Below, piece by piece: positions 1 through 8,705 of a DNA stretch of 52,529 nucleotides. Under the pieces are notes generated by a model. The model saw only the letters and a program-made list of their open reading frames with translations. It was not told the origin of the DNA and made no database searches. This DNA is from a virus (lineage: Duplodnaviria > Caudoviricetes). The position numbers were made by a program, and so were the translations under genes. The stretch spans positions 1 to 52,529 of the IMG/VR virus record IMGVR_UViG_3300028569_000046. One strand, 5' to 3'. The number at the start of each line of letters is the position of its first letter. Position 1 is the first letter of the stretch.

Positions 1-269
1 GGTATGTGAATGGAAAAATTCACCGCGACGAAGGCCCCGCCTTCGTCGGTGCGGATGGCACCAAGGAATGGTGGTTGAACGGACAGCGGCATCGCACCGA
101 TGGTCCCGCAATCGAATGGGCGAATCGAGACAAGCTTTGGTATTTAAATTGGAAACATCTGTCCGAAGCAGAATTTTTAGCAGCGACGGCAACTGAAGTG
201 GTGCTTACACTTGACATGATTGCTGCCAAGTTTGGAGTGAATGTAAAAGATCTTAAAATCGCAAAATAA
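1..269 (+). CDS. 5'-truncated protein with HRxDGPA repeats (phage repeat protein)
   Basis: Two HRxD/EGPA..EW..NG repeats; the frame is open to the window edge, so the true start is probably upstream. Confidence 0.75.
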   Translation, partial: YVNGKIHRDEGPAFVGADGTKEWWLNGQRHRTDGPAIEWANRDKLWYLNWKHLSEAEFLAATATEVVLTLDMIAAKFGVNVKDLKIAK

Positions 270-271
270 TT

Positions 272-517
272 ATGAAACCAACAATCGGACTAATTCGGAC
301 ATCGCTTTGGAAAATGTACTATCGTATTTTTTACAAGCAAAACTATTCGCAAAAACTTTATAGCGCGATGCGTGTTACCAACAATGTAATTGATTCAACA
401 CACGGCAGAATTTCTCATTTTTACAACAGTAATGGAGAATGCGTAAGAGGTTGGCATAAACACATTAAGTTTAATGACACCTCAAATGTTCACCCACTTG
501 TTCGGCGCTATCAATAA
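272..517 (+). CDS. hypothetical protein
   Basis: 81 aa ORF, ATG 2 nt after the previous stop. Confidence 0.6.
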   Translation: MKPTIGLIRTSLWKMYYRIFYKQNYSQKLYSAMRVTNNVIDSTHGRISHFYNSNGECVRGWHKHIKFNDTSNVHPLVRRYQ

Positions 518-528
518 ACTTACAACGT

Positions 529-636
529 ATGAAACCGTTTATTAAAATTATTGTATTTGTCATTTGCTTTGCAAGTGTTGCGGTATTTCTTTCTTGCTTA
601 TTACTCGGCATATTGACATCCTATTGGACACTATGA
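529..636 (+). CDS. small membrane protein (35 aa)
   Basis: Read manually: MKPFIKIIVFVICFASVAVFLSCLLLGILTSYWTL; fills the gap between neighbours. Confidence 0.55.
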   Translation: MKPFIKIIVFVICFASVAVFLSCLLLGILTSYWTL

Positions 637-649
637 ACACAGTATCTAA

Positions 650-1468
650 ATGAGAACAATAATAAAAGAACAATATTTTACAAAACCAGAATTGGCTCGG
701 CGATGCGTTGATCGTGTAAAACAACACTATGATTTGGATTCGTTTTCTTTATTACTAGAACCATCGGCCGGCAACGGTTCATTTTATAGTTTACTCGATG
801 CCAATAAAACAATAGGATTGGATATTGAACCGTTGCATAATTCTGTTATTCGATCGGATTTCTTTTTGTGGGATTATTCAAACCGTACAAATGTTCTTTG
901 TATTGGCAATCCTCCATTTGGAAGAAGAGCTCAGATTGCAACCAAGTTTATTAACCATGCTGCAAAATTCAGCAGAGTCATTGCATTCATTTTGCCTCGG
1001 ACATTTAAAAAAGAAACATTTTACGATCGAATCGATAAATCATTTCATCTTGTTGACCAGTTTGATTGTGATGAATTTGTTTGTCCTGCTGGAAAGGAAA
1101 TAAAAATAAAATGTGTTTTTCAAATTTGGGAAAAGAGAGATACTTTTAGAAAATTTGAAAATAGAAAAATTAGTCACTGTGATTTTCTTCTAAGACATGC
1201 TCATATGTCAAAAATTTCCAAAGAAGAATTTGAGGAAATAAAATCAAATTTTGATTTTTCGATTCCGCAGGTTGGTAATTTTGAATTGCGCGATATTAAA
1301 ACCATTACCGGCGGAAGCCATTGGTTTGTTAAAGTGCATGATAAGAATAATATGAACGCGTTTGAAAATTTGGATTTTTCTTTTTTGGATAATGTAAACT
1401 TAAGCTTTAGCAGTATTTCCAGAAAAGATATTATTCAGGCATACGAAACAATAAAAACAAAACAATGA
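650..1468 (+). CDS. DNA amino (N6-adenine) methyltransferase, gamma-type motif order
   Basis: SAM-binding LEPSAGNGSF followed by catalytic GNPPF; QYFT motif X at the N-terminus. Confidence 0.88.
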   Translation: MRTIIKEQYFTKPELARRCVDRVKQHYDLDSFSLLLEPSAGNGSFYSLLDANKTIGLDIEPLHNSVIRSDFFLWDYSNRTNVLCIGNPPFGRRAQIATKFINHAAKFSRVIAFILPRTFKKETFYDRIDKSFHLVDQFDCDEFVCPAGKEIKIKCVFQIWEKRDTFRKFENRKISHCDFLLRHAHMSKISKEEFEEIKSNFDFSIPQVGNFELRDIKTITGGSHWFVKVHDKNNMNAFENLDFSFLDNVNLSFSSISRKDIIQAYETIKTKQ

Positions 1469-1665
1469 GCAAGGAAGAACAATCTTTTATCCCAAAGCCA
1501 AATTCGCTTTGGCTTGTAAGTGTTGAATGCCGATACAATGTGGTTGCTGTGTGTGCTTCAGGCCGAGGATTTTACATTCCGGGACAGGAACCGTGCTGGC
1601 ACTTTGATCACGTGGACGAATGGATTCAGGAAATAGTTCCTCCGCCATATCCAGAGAGACAATAA
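1465..1665 (+). CDS. hypothetical protein
   Basis: ATGA overlap with the methyltransferase stop. Confidence 0.6.
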   Translation: MSKEEQSFIPKPNSLWLVSVECRYNVVAVCASGRGFYIPGQEPCWHFDHVDEWIQEIVPPPYPERQ

Positions 1666-1671
1666 AATAAT

Positions 1672-2103
1672 ATGAAAAACTATACAACAAGAAAATTTAT
1701 TGGTACACTGTCTGCTGTTTTTGCTGGACTGTCACTTGACATTCTTCAAGGCACCGAACAAAAGAGAAAATATAAAAAAATAAAGGCTCGCATTACATAC
1801 TATACGGCCGATAAAAAATATGGAGTGCGTGTTGCCGATCCAAAAACAAAATGTGCAACCGAAGGAGTGACTGTGGCTGCTCATACAAATTTTAAATTTG
1901 GATCTGCCATTTCAATTCCACGTCTTAAAGGCAAAATTGGGAACGGAAACTTTATTGTGCAAGACCGAGGATCCGCAGTAAATTCCAAAAAGGCCGCAGG
2001 CGGTCGTGGGTATGTGTTTGATGTATATGTAAAAAGCCACGCCAAACTCAAACAAATGGCAGAAACAATGCCAATGTGGATGGACGTGCACATCTACGAA
2101 TAA
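1672..2103 (+). CDS. 3D-domain (MltA/RlpA-like) cell-wall-related protein
   Basis: ARITYY..VTVAAH..FKFGS.I.IP..FIVQDRGSAV..FDVYV pattern; hydrophobic N-terminus. Confidence 0.75.
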   Translation: MKNYTTRKFIGTLSAVFAGLSLDILQGTEQKRKYKKIKARITYYTADKKYGVRVADPKTKCATEGVTVAAHTNFKFGSAISIPRLKGKIGNGNFIVQDRGSAVNSKKAAGGRGYVFDVYVKSHAKLKQMAETMPMWMDVHIYE

Positions 2104-2111
2104 ATAAAGCT

Positions 2112-2450
2112 ATGAATGATAAACAAACTGATACTACGGACAATGACGGCGGTTTCCGGAAACGACAACTAAGTGAAAGTTGTGGCTGGATGTTTTCTAG
2201 AAGAATTGAAGAAATTGGTTATAACCAAGAAATATCTCGTGAAATTTTCAAAAGTCCTAGAATGAAAACATTTGCTGTTTTTGATCCAAACCAGGACGTA
2301 TTGTTGCAGGAAGCTCAGGCCTACACAAACGGTCAGGCATATGACATTAGAGATCGTGTTTATGCATTGGCGGTTGCGGCAACCGTGGAATATTTTTTGA
2401 CTAATGGTGACGCAACGGCGTTGCCAAATTACAAGTTAAGTGCAGAGTGA
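2112..2450 (+). CDS. hypothetical protein
   Basis: ORF 2076..2450; start moved to MNDKQ to avoid overlap. Confidence 0.55.
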   Translation: MNDKQTDTTDNDGGFRKRQLSESCGWMFSRRIEEIGYNQEISREIFKSPRMKTFAVFDPNQDVLLQEAQAYTNGQAYDIRDRVYALAVAATVEYFLTNGDATALPNYKLSAE

Positions 2451-2476
2451 TTTAGACCTTAGGTCTAAACATATGC

Positions 2477-2550
2477 CATTTTGTCGAAAAAAGTTGTATA
2501 CAACTGCTGATTTTTATGGTAGAATAGTCCTGTAAGGAAACACCACAACA
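2477..2550 (+). promoter_or_regulatory. repeated early promoter/RBS cassette, copy 1
   Basis: cattttgtcgaaaaaagttgtatacaactgctgatttttatggtagaatagtcctgtaaggaaacaccacaaca; 2 mismatches to the copy at 18881. Confidence 0.85.
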
Positions 2551-2552
2551 TT

Positions 2553-2693
2553 ATGTCCACACAAGAAAAACAAAAGAAAGAAGAAATCAAAGACATCATC
2601 TTAAGTTACTGTGAAGGTATCCAGTGGGTAGAATTCTCGATAGATGATTTGAACGAGATGGTAGAGAAGATCATCGCTGTAAAAGGAACCTAG
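2553..2693 (+). CDS. small early protein (46 aa)
   Basis: MSTQEKQKKEEIKDIILSYCEGIQWVEF..., directly after the promoter cassette and its AAGGA. Confidence 0.7.
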   Translation: MSTQEKQKKEEIKDIILSYCEGIQWVEFSIDDLNEMVEKIIAVKGT

Positions 2694-2706
2694 TTACAAT
2701 AACGAC

Positions 2707-2895
2707 ATGAATAACATATCAGTAGGAGATATTTTTATGAGCGACTCCGAGCTTTACCGCGTAACGAATGTTCAAGAGTCCAAGATGTTTCCAGATGATC
2801 CATACTTTGAAGTTGACATATGGGTTGCAGGAAGCGGTTGGAAAGATCATGGTGACATTGATTTTTGTACAGTGAAATCAAATATAAAAAGTTAA
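2707..2895 (+). CDS. hypothetical protein
   Basis: 62 aa ORF with ISVGDIF start typical of small SH3-like phage proteins. Confidence 0.55.
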   Translation: MNNISVGDIFMSDSELYRVTNVQESKMFPDDPYFEVDIWVAGSGWKDHGDIDFCTVKSNIKS

Positions 2896-2941
2896 CCTTT
2901 TTTAAACAAACCGAACTGTAAAACCAAATCACATTTATTAC

Positions 2942-4024
2942 ATGAAACTTCCCGATACAGAACAATTTAATTTTAAAGATGTCACTGTTGCTGGTGACGA
3001 CTGTTGGTTAATCACACCAAAAGATATGTCGGTAAAGTGGACTGACGACAATGCGCGCTTTCGTTCTTGCATTGTCCGCAAATCCGATAACACCGTAGTG
3101 TCTCAAGGCTTTGGAAAATTTACCAACTTTGGAGAGCAGCCAAACTTTCAACCGTGGGAAGATTCATGGCCTGTAAAAGCTGTTCATAAGCTTGACGGCT
3201 CGTTGCTTATTGTTTCACGTCACAACGGAAAACTTGTTGTGAGTACTCGAGGAACGGTCGATGCTCGGATGCTGACCAACGGCCATGAAATTGACGGTTT
3301 AGTCATTCGGTATCCTGAAGTGTTTGACAATAATTTTTTAGACAATGGCTATTCGGTATTGCTGGAATGGACAAGTCCAACGCGCATTATTGTGCTGCGT
3401 GAACATAATGTCCCGACACTAACTTTGGTAGGCATGATCTTTAATAAGACTGCACAATACGTATCACAACAAAGTCTAGATGACGTTGCCAAATTGTGGT
3501 GCGTCGGTCGTCCGTCGCGCTACAACTACAACACAACGCAAGAATGTATTTCGGATGTGCAAAATTGGATTGGAAAAGAAGGTGTTGTGCTCTATTCTCC
3601 TGACGGTCAAACATTGAAGAAAATTAAGGCGTCTCATTATTGCCATTTGCATAAAGTTGCCGCCGGAATTTCCAATGTAAAATCAGTGATGGATTTGTTT
3701 TTGGCTTCTCCACGCTTTATCTGTGCAAATGATTTTTATGATTATGTTGTCAATACAACTGACTATGAGATTGCCGAGCGAATTCGCCCAGAAATTGAAA
3801 CAGTGGTGCAGGCATATAATTGCTATATTCAAAAACGCGATGCTATGATTGACTGGGCAAACTCATTGCGTGCGTATGACACTCGCCGAGAACAAGCGTA
3901 TGCAATAACACAACAATATGATGATTGGCGCAAGGCGCATTGCTTTAATATATTGTCCGAAAAACAAACTGACGACACCGTTGCGATTTTTTATGAATTG
4001 GAGCAAGTGAAAATTGAACCATAA
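2942..4024 (+). CDS. rnlA: RNA ligase, T4 Rnl1-like
   Basis: GFGKFTNFGE, adenylation motif KLDGSL, STRG, EGVV and KIK nucleotidyltransferase motifs. Confidence 0.85.
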   Translation: MKLPDTEQFNFKDVTVAGDDCWLITPKDMSVKWTDDNARFRSCIVRKSDNTVVSQGFGKFTNFGEQPNFQPWEDSWPVKAVHKLDGSLLIVSRHNGKLVVSTRGTVDARMLTNGHEIDGLVIRYPEVFDNNFLDNGYSVLLEWTSPTRIIVLREHNVPTLTLVGMIFNKTAQYVSQQSLDDVAKLWCVGRPSRYNYNTTQECISDVQNWIGKEGVVLYSPDGQTLKKIKASHYCHLHKVAAGISNVKSVMDLFLASPRFICANDFYDYVVNTTDYEIAERIRPEIETVVQAYNCYIQKRDAMIDWANSLRAYDTRREQAYAITQQYDDWRKAHCFNILSEKQTDDTVAIFYELEQVKIEP

Positions 4025-4032
4025 ATAAAACT

Positions 4033-4290
4033 ATGAAAGCAACATTAGAATTTCAATTGCCCGAAGAAGATTATGAATATACGGCTGCCGTAAACGGCAC
4101 AAGAAGCTTGAGAGTGCTGGACGAACTGTTGAATGAACTGCGCACCGCACAAAAATACAACGGTGGTCATTTTCGTCAAGATGAAAACATTGACGAAAAT
4201 GTCAGACAGGCATGCGATCATTTAATAGATCAATTCAGAGAATATGTTTGGGCTCTTCGCACTGAATATGGCGTGCCAGACAATGATTGA
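4033..4290 (+). CDS. conserved phage hypothetical protein
   Basis: MKATLEFQLPEE N-terminus common in environmental phage proteins. Confidence 0.7.
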   Translation: MKATLEFQLPEEDYEYTAAVNGTRSLRVLDELLNELRTAQKYNGGHFRQDENIDENVRQACDHLIDQFREYVWALRTEYGVPDND

Positions 4291-4302
4291 AATTGAAGTG
4301 TG

Positions 4303-4310
4303 TATAAATA
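4303..4310 (+). promoter_or_regulatory. T4-type late promoter
   Basis: TATAAATA 7 nt before ATG 4318. Confidence 0.75.
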
Positions 4311-4317
4311 AACAAGT

Positions 4318-4647
4318 ATGAACAACAGCAATATTTTTCGCAAACAAGACGCACTATGTCACGCCGCAATGTCCGTTTTGGATCCATCATGTGTTCTTAA
4401 TGAAGAGACAAAATTCAAGTCAGGTCAAAAGGTGAAGATTAAGACCGTGGCAGACTACGGCCCGGTGTCCGCGGGAGAAGAGTTTGATGCAGTTTGGAAA
4501 CAAGTTGGCGGAATGCCAAATCAAATGCGCCTAGATATTGATTTTCGAGGATCTTATGCATTGAGACATCCATCAATTTTTTATAATGCCGCCACAAACG
4601 AGGTTGAAATGGACAAGCGATGGGAATTGATTGAGCCGACCGCATAG
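4318..4647 (+). CDS. late small protein, possible internal head protein
   Basis: Own late promoter; N-terminal leader ending LNE-E resembles a prohead protease site. Confidence 0.6.
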   Translation: MNNSNIFRKQDALCHAAMSVLDPSCVLNEETKFKSGQKVKIKTVADYGPVSAGEEFDAVWKQVGGMPNQMRLDIDFRGSYALRHPSIFYNAATNEVEMDKRWELIEPTA

Positions 4648-4673
4648 GACGGTAAAAACTTGTTCACTTTTTT

Positions 4674-4703
4674 GTTTACAAATGTCATAAAGTATGGTAC
4701 AAT
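4674..4703 (+). promoter_or_regulatory. early promoter
   Basis: GTTTACA-17-TACAAT with extended TG. Confidence 0.75.
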
Positions 4704-4723
4704 AACTTTGTAACCAATACTTT

Positions 4724-4924
4724 ATGACTGAATCACTACACTGTAAACCTGTTAAACTCGAACTTGTTGGTCTTAACGGCAATGCCTATTCTCTTATGGG
4801 AGCATTCCAATCAGCGGCACGCCAGCAAGGACGCACAACTGAAGAAATCAAGGCGGTATTGGATGACTGCACGAGCAGCGACTACAATCATTTGCTCAGC
4901 GTTTTAGTACAACACACTCTATGA
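4724..4924 (+). CDS. conserved hypothetical protein
   Basis: LVGLNGNAYSLMG..AARQQG..EEI..SSDYNHLL family pattern. Confidence 0.75.
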   Translation: MTESLHCKPVKLELVGLNGNAYSLMGAFQSAARQQGRTTEEIKAVLDDCTSSDYNHLLSVLVQHTL

Positions 4925-5127
4925 ATACAGAAATTAATTATGCATCTCTTGCTGGTGCCTACAAAGGCACTATGCACGGATTAATCTACGCCTTAGTGCA
5001 AACCAATATCGTTCACCCAAACAAATATGATGAGCTCAGGGCCTTTATTACAAAGGAAATCGAGCGCATCGAATCAACATACGGCAAAGCTTCAATTTCA
5101 ACTGGGGGTGAAAAGGTTTCGACATGA
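4921..5127 (+). CDS. hypothetical protein overlapping the tmRNA 5' end
   Basis: ATGA-coupled ORF; its last 24 nt lie within the tmRNA. Confidence 0.6.
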   Translation: MNTEINYASLAGAYKGTMHGLIYALVQTNIVHPNKYDELRAFITKEIERIESTYGKASISTGGEKVST

Positions 5128-5428
5128 TAAGAAACACACCTATTGCAACACACAGTCTGCTTGACTTTAAAAGCGAAAAACAAAAGGCGAAAATAACCTT
5201 GCATTAGCTGCGTAAGCTACGTCCACTTTTTGACTCCTCTAAAAGATGTGGGCGACGACAGAGGATAGCTTTTTAGGCAAATCTAAAATAGGTTGAGTAC
5301 ACCAAACTATACTCTGGGGCACAACGTAGGTGCATAGCCGGCAAGCATGGCGAAAAAAGCTTGATATTGTTGTAGATTATAGATTGTTTGTATCGTGGAC
5401 TCGGGTTCAACTCCCGACACCTCCACCA
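5104..5428 (+). ncRNA. ssrA: tmRNA, tag peptide (A)GENNLALAA
   Basis: 5' GGGGGTGAAAAGGTTTCGAC; 3' T-arm TCGGGTTCAACTCCCGA and CACCTCCACCA; acceptor stem with G3.U wobble; tag ORF 5186-5215 ending LALAA-TAA. Confidence 0.96.
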
Positions 5429-5625
5429 TTTTAATAAATACAAAAAATCAAACATTTGCAATACGTGAAAATTCTAAACAAAAAACCAATTACCTTTTGG
5501 ATCGAATATTTTTCATTGTGTAAAAAGAATGTATGTGTAATTGCAACGGAGTATAACTGTACTTTAAATGATTGTGTTGGAGAATCTTACTTTAAGTGCT
5601 TGTTTATGAGTAAACTGGAAAAAAT

Positions 5626-6378
5626 ATGAAAACAGAGGAAACAAACCCGGTCTATATAATTGGAGACATTCATGGACAATTTGCCAGATTAAAAAATTTG
5701 GTGTTTCAAAACAACATTAAGGATTGTACTTTAATTTGCGTAGGAGATTTTGGTATTGGATTTAAGCGCAAATATGGTGCTAATGTTGATGATTGTATTG
5801 TGCTTAACACTTTTTTTGCCAAGCGCAATATTGTCTTTATGACAATACGCGGCAATCATGATGATCCGATATTTTTTAATGACGCTGAAAAACGAATAAA
5901 TCTTAGCCACGTTAAATTACTTCCGGACTATTACAGTGAAACTATTAACGGCGAAAAGTTTTTGTTTGTAGGCGGTGCGGTTAGCATTGATCGACGATTG
6001 CGCGAAAACAATGTCAGCTATTGGAGCAACGAAGCTTTTGTGCTGGACACAAACCGCGTGACCGCATGTGATGTTCTTATTACACATTCGGCACCAAGTT
6101 GGGTTGGGCCATATGATAAAAGCGCCATAGCAAGCTGGACGCAAAAAGATGCATCGTTGTGGGAAGAGTGCATGCAGGAACGACAGGATCACAATGCATT
6201 AATCTCATTGTGTAAACCACGCAAATCTTATCACGGTCATTTTCATTGCAATGGTATGGCACATGCCGATGGCTGTTTGGCGACAATATTGAATATTGAA
6301 GAAATTAAAGAACACCGCTCCGATGCCGCCGAAAAAAACTCGGCGGAAAGACTCTTCAATCGCTTCGCACCATTTTAG
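5626..6378 (+). CDS. calcineurin-like metallophosphoesterase
   Basis: GDIHG, VGDFG, RGNHD, THSAP and HGHFH motifs. Confidence 0.9.
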   Translation: MKTEETNPVYIIGDIHGQFARLKNLVFQNNIKDCTLICVGDFGIGFKRKYGANVDDCIVLNTFFAKRNIVFMTIRGNHDDPIFFNDAEKRINLSHVKLLPDYYSETINGEKFLFVGGAVSIDRRLRENNVSYWSNEAFVLDTNRVTACDVLITHSAPSWVGPYDKSAIASWTQKDASLWEECMQERQDHNALISLCKPRKSYHGHFHCNGMAHADGCLATILNIEEIKEHRSDAAEKNSAERLFNRFAPF

Positions 6379-6382
6379 CATC

Positions 6383-6637
6383 ATGATTATAAAAACACAA
6401 CAAGCGAAATTTACATATTCTTCTTTTCGAGCAAAGATTCTTCGAAAGTGGGATTGGTGGATCTATTGTCGTGCGTTTCACAGTTTGCGCAGAATGGCAG
6501 CGGACAATCCAGGACTAACTTATCTTATGGAAGTTCAAATTCGAGAATGGAACGAAAAGTCGAAGATTACTCCGGCGCTTCAAAGCTCAGCCGAAGTCTT
6601 TCATGCTGCAATGCGTGATACGATTGCGCAAAAATAA
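6383..6637 (+). CDS. hypothetical protein
   Basis: ORF 6296..6637; start moved to MIIKTQ after the upstream stop. Confidence 0.55.
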   Translation: MIIKTQQAKFTYSSFRAKILRKWDWWIYCRAFHSLRRMAADNPGLTYLMEVQIREWNEKSKITPALQSSAEVFHAAMRDTIAQK

Positions 6638-6639
6638 TG

Positions 6640-6668
6640 GTTTACATTTTTCTATAATATGATACTAT
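6640..6668 (+). promoter_or_regulatory. early promoter
   Basis: GTTTACA...TGATACTAT, 6 nt before ATG 6675. Confidence 0.55.
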
Positions 6669-6674
6669 AAAGAC

Positions 6675-7265
6675 ATGATTAATCATACATACATTTCATC
6701 GGATTTGACAAAACTGTTTAAAAAACCATCTTTAGTTTTTAACCAGTTCTTTCGCAGTGATTTGAAAAATAAAATTGAGGCATGGTTTAATCCTCGTCAA
6801 AAATGGTTAACACAAACAATTCCAAACACATGGTGCGATAAAGTGACTCTTATTCCGCATCTTCTGTTTGAATGTCTTGTTCATTATGTTGAACATGAAG
6901 AAGGACTTCAAGATCAAATTGACTGGTCACAAGATCTTAAAGACGGTCACGTGTCGCAACAATATCTTGATGCTATTATTAAGCGAGATAAAACACTTCG
7001 ATCGGCGTATAATTACATCAAGTTTGAGCGACCTATATTGCAACGCCAGCATGAAAATTCCTACCCAGAAACAATATCAGCAAACAAAGAGTGGTTTGTC
7101 GAAAATAAAGATGGACACTACATGATGAGAAGCTGCGAAGAGCTTTACGGCATGCCATACGAACAAGCATATGCTGAAACCAATCTTCTTGAAAAACTTA
7201 TAGCCAAAAAAGATATGATGACAATGAAAACAATCGTCAAATATCACGAACATTTGTGGACATGA
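6675..7265 (+). CDS. hypothetical protein
   Basis: 196 aa ORF ending LWT, a phage-type pattern. Confidence 0.7.
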   Translation: MINHTYISSDLTKLFKKPSLVFNQFFRSDLKNKIEAWFNPRQKWLTQTIPNTWCDKVTLIPHLLFECLVHYVEHEEGLQDQIDWSQDLKDGHVSQQYLDAIIKRDKTLRSAYNYIKFERPILQRQHENSYPETISANKEWFVENKDGHYMMRSCEELYGMPYEQAYAETNLLEKLIAKKDMMTMKTIVKYHEHLWT

Positions 7266-7609
7266 AAAGATCAACAATTAATAGACTGCACCGTAAGCAA
7301 GATGCTCGCGTAGAAATTCTCAACAGACAAGTATTTTGTAAATTTTATGGTTTGCATAATATGACATTAGACGCTGCTATTAAAATTATACAACCGTATG
7401 GTGGTACAATTGCCGCGCAAATTGAATATTTGGATTGGCAAGATTGTCGTGATGGATATTTTGGCCCTGATAGAAGAAGTGGAAAAAATACCTATGGTTA
7501 CAAATCCGAAGAATCAATTCTAAACAATCTTCAATATATTTGTGATAGGTTTAATGCACAATTTCGCCTGCAGTGGGTACTCGATTTAATTAACAAAAAT
7601 TATGACTGA
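7262..7609 (+). CDS. hypothetical protein
   Basis: ATGA-coupled ORF. Confidence 0.6.
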   Translation: MKRSTINRLHRKQDARVEILNRQVFCKFYGLHNMTLDAAIKIIQPYGGTIAAQIEYLDWQDCRDGYFGPDRRSGKNTYGYKSEESILNNLQYICDRFNAQFRLQWVLDLINKNYD

Positions 7610-7772
7610 ACAATACGAAACGCTAATAAAAACAATTGATGACGTAATGAGAATTACCACTCTTTTGTCAAAAACATGCAAGGAAAAAGAAAAATTTATG
7701 CCTGCAATTGATAGGCTGTTGGATCATCGAAATGCACTGACAAAACAAATGCAAATGCATAATAAATCTTAA
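7602..7772 (+). CDS. small hypothetical protein (56 aa)
   Basis: Read manually: MTEQYETLIKTIDDVMR...; fills the gap. Confidence 0.55.
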   Translation: MTEQYETLIKTIDDVMRITTLLSKTCKEKEKFMPAIDRLLDHRNALTKQMQMHNKS

Positions 7773-7782
7773 TTTTACTAAA

Positions 7783-8325
7783 ATGATAAAACGAATATTT
7801 TTTGATCTTGATGAAACACTGCTGCACACCATAGTTGGAAATCATCCAAACCAAGAGTGCTACACGCATAAGGACAGTAGTAGAGAATCTTATTTTACAA
7901 TTTTTAGACCAGACGCAGTGCATCTTATTGAGTTTGCACGTGAACTTGTCGGAAAGGAAAACGTATATATTCTTACTGCCGCAACAAGATCGTATGCGCA
8001 TGAACTAAACAGTGCAGGAGGTTTTGATTTTGATCATGATCATATTTTTGCACGAGAAGATCAAGACCGTTATGCACACAAAGTTCAATTGGCCTACGGA
8101 TCGGACTACATTTATGCAGAAAATAAAGACATTGCAGATCCTGAAAATGTTCTGATTGACAATCTTCCAGAACGATACAATGCAGGCAAATGTAGTTTTA
8201 TTGGGATGCTTTCACAATATATCAAGGTCAGAGACTATTATGGAGCCAACGGCTCGTGGGTTGCTGCTGAAACAGAGCGCGTCAAAAATGATATTCGGGA
8301 ACTCTATGACCTGCCATCTTTATGA
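7783..8325 (+). CDS. HAD-superfamily phosphatase, FCP1/NIF-like
   Basis: FFDLDETLLH motif I, RP, ILTAA..YA and VLIDN. Confidence 0.82.
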   Translation: MIKRIFFDLDETLLHTIVGNHPNQECYTHKDSSRESYFTIFRPDAVHLIEFARELVGKENVYILTAATRSYAHELNSAGGFDFDHDHIFAREDQDRYAHKVQLAYGSDYIYAENKDIADPENVLIDNLPERYNAGKCSFIGMLSQYIKVRDYYGANGSWVAAETERVKNDIRELYDLPSL

Positions 8326-8435
8326 TTGTTATTTGTCTAATATGTTTTGTGCTTAGCATGATATATTCATGTGACGTGCTTGCCGTGGTATTTTTAAGTG
8401 TTGCGCTGATGCTGCTGATCGTTGAACTGTTATAA
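8322..8435 (+). CDS. small hydrophobic protein (37 aa)
   Basis: MIVICLICFVLSMIYSCDVLAVVFLSVALMLLIVELL, ATGA-coupled. Confidence 0.5.
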   Translation: MIVICLICFVLSMIYSCDVLAVVFLSVALMLLIVELL

Positions 8436-8477
8436 GTGTGTTTTATTGGTGACCGGCCGATGCGCCCAAATAAAATG

Positions 8478-8547
8478 CATTTTGTTGAAAAAAGTTGTTT
8501 ACAAACGGCGATTTTTATGGTAGAATAGTCCCGTAAGGAAACACCAC
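8478..8547 (+). promoter_or_regulatory. repeated early promoter/RBS cassette, copy 2
   Basis: cattttgttgaaaaaagttgtttacaaacggcgatttttatggtagaatagtcccgtaaggaaacaccac. Confidence 0.85.
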
Positions 8548-8550
8548 ATT

Positions 8551-8705
8551 ATGAGCCTAGAAAAAGCAATATTGTAAAACAAGAAGGCGTTTGGGGTGAT
8601 CAACTCAATACAATTACCGAAGTAAAATATCCATTTGTTTGTGGTAATGCTCATTTAGGAAGAGTTGTTGGCAACGTTTTTGAGAATAGTGAACTCTTAA
8701 AATGA
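8551..8705 (+). pseudogene. broken ORF: MSLEKAIL* joined out of frame to a YopX-like C-terminus
   Basis: The -1 frame 8571-8705 reads IVKQEG...RVVGNVFENSELLK, similar to the YopX end (VIGNIxENxELL), with no start codon. Confidence 0.6.

Noticed and set aside
5395-5428. Stand-alone tRNA
   Set aside because: The T-arm and CCA pair with the 5' end at 5104 as part of the tmRNA; no anticodon arm
5465-5629. 54-aa Cys-rich ORF after the tmRNA
   Set aside because: Possible gene (GTG start, ATGA coupling) but with no motif support
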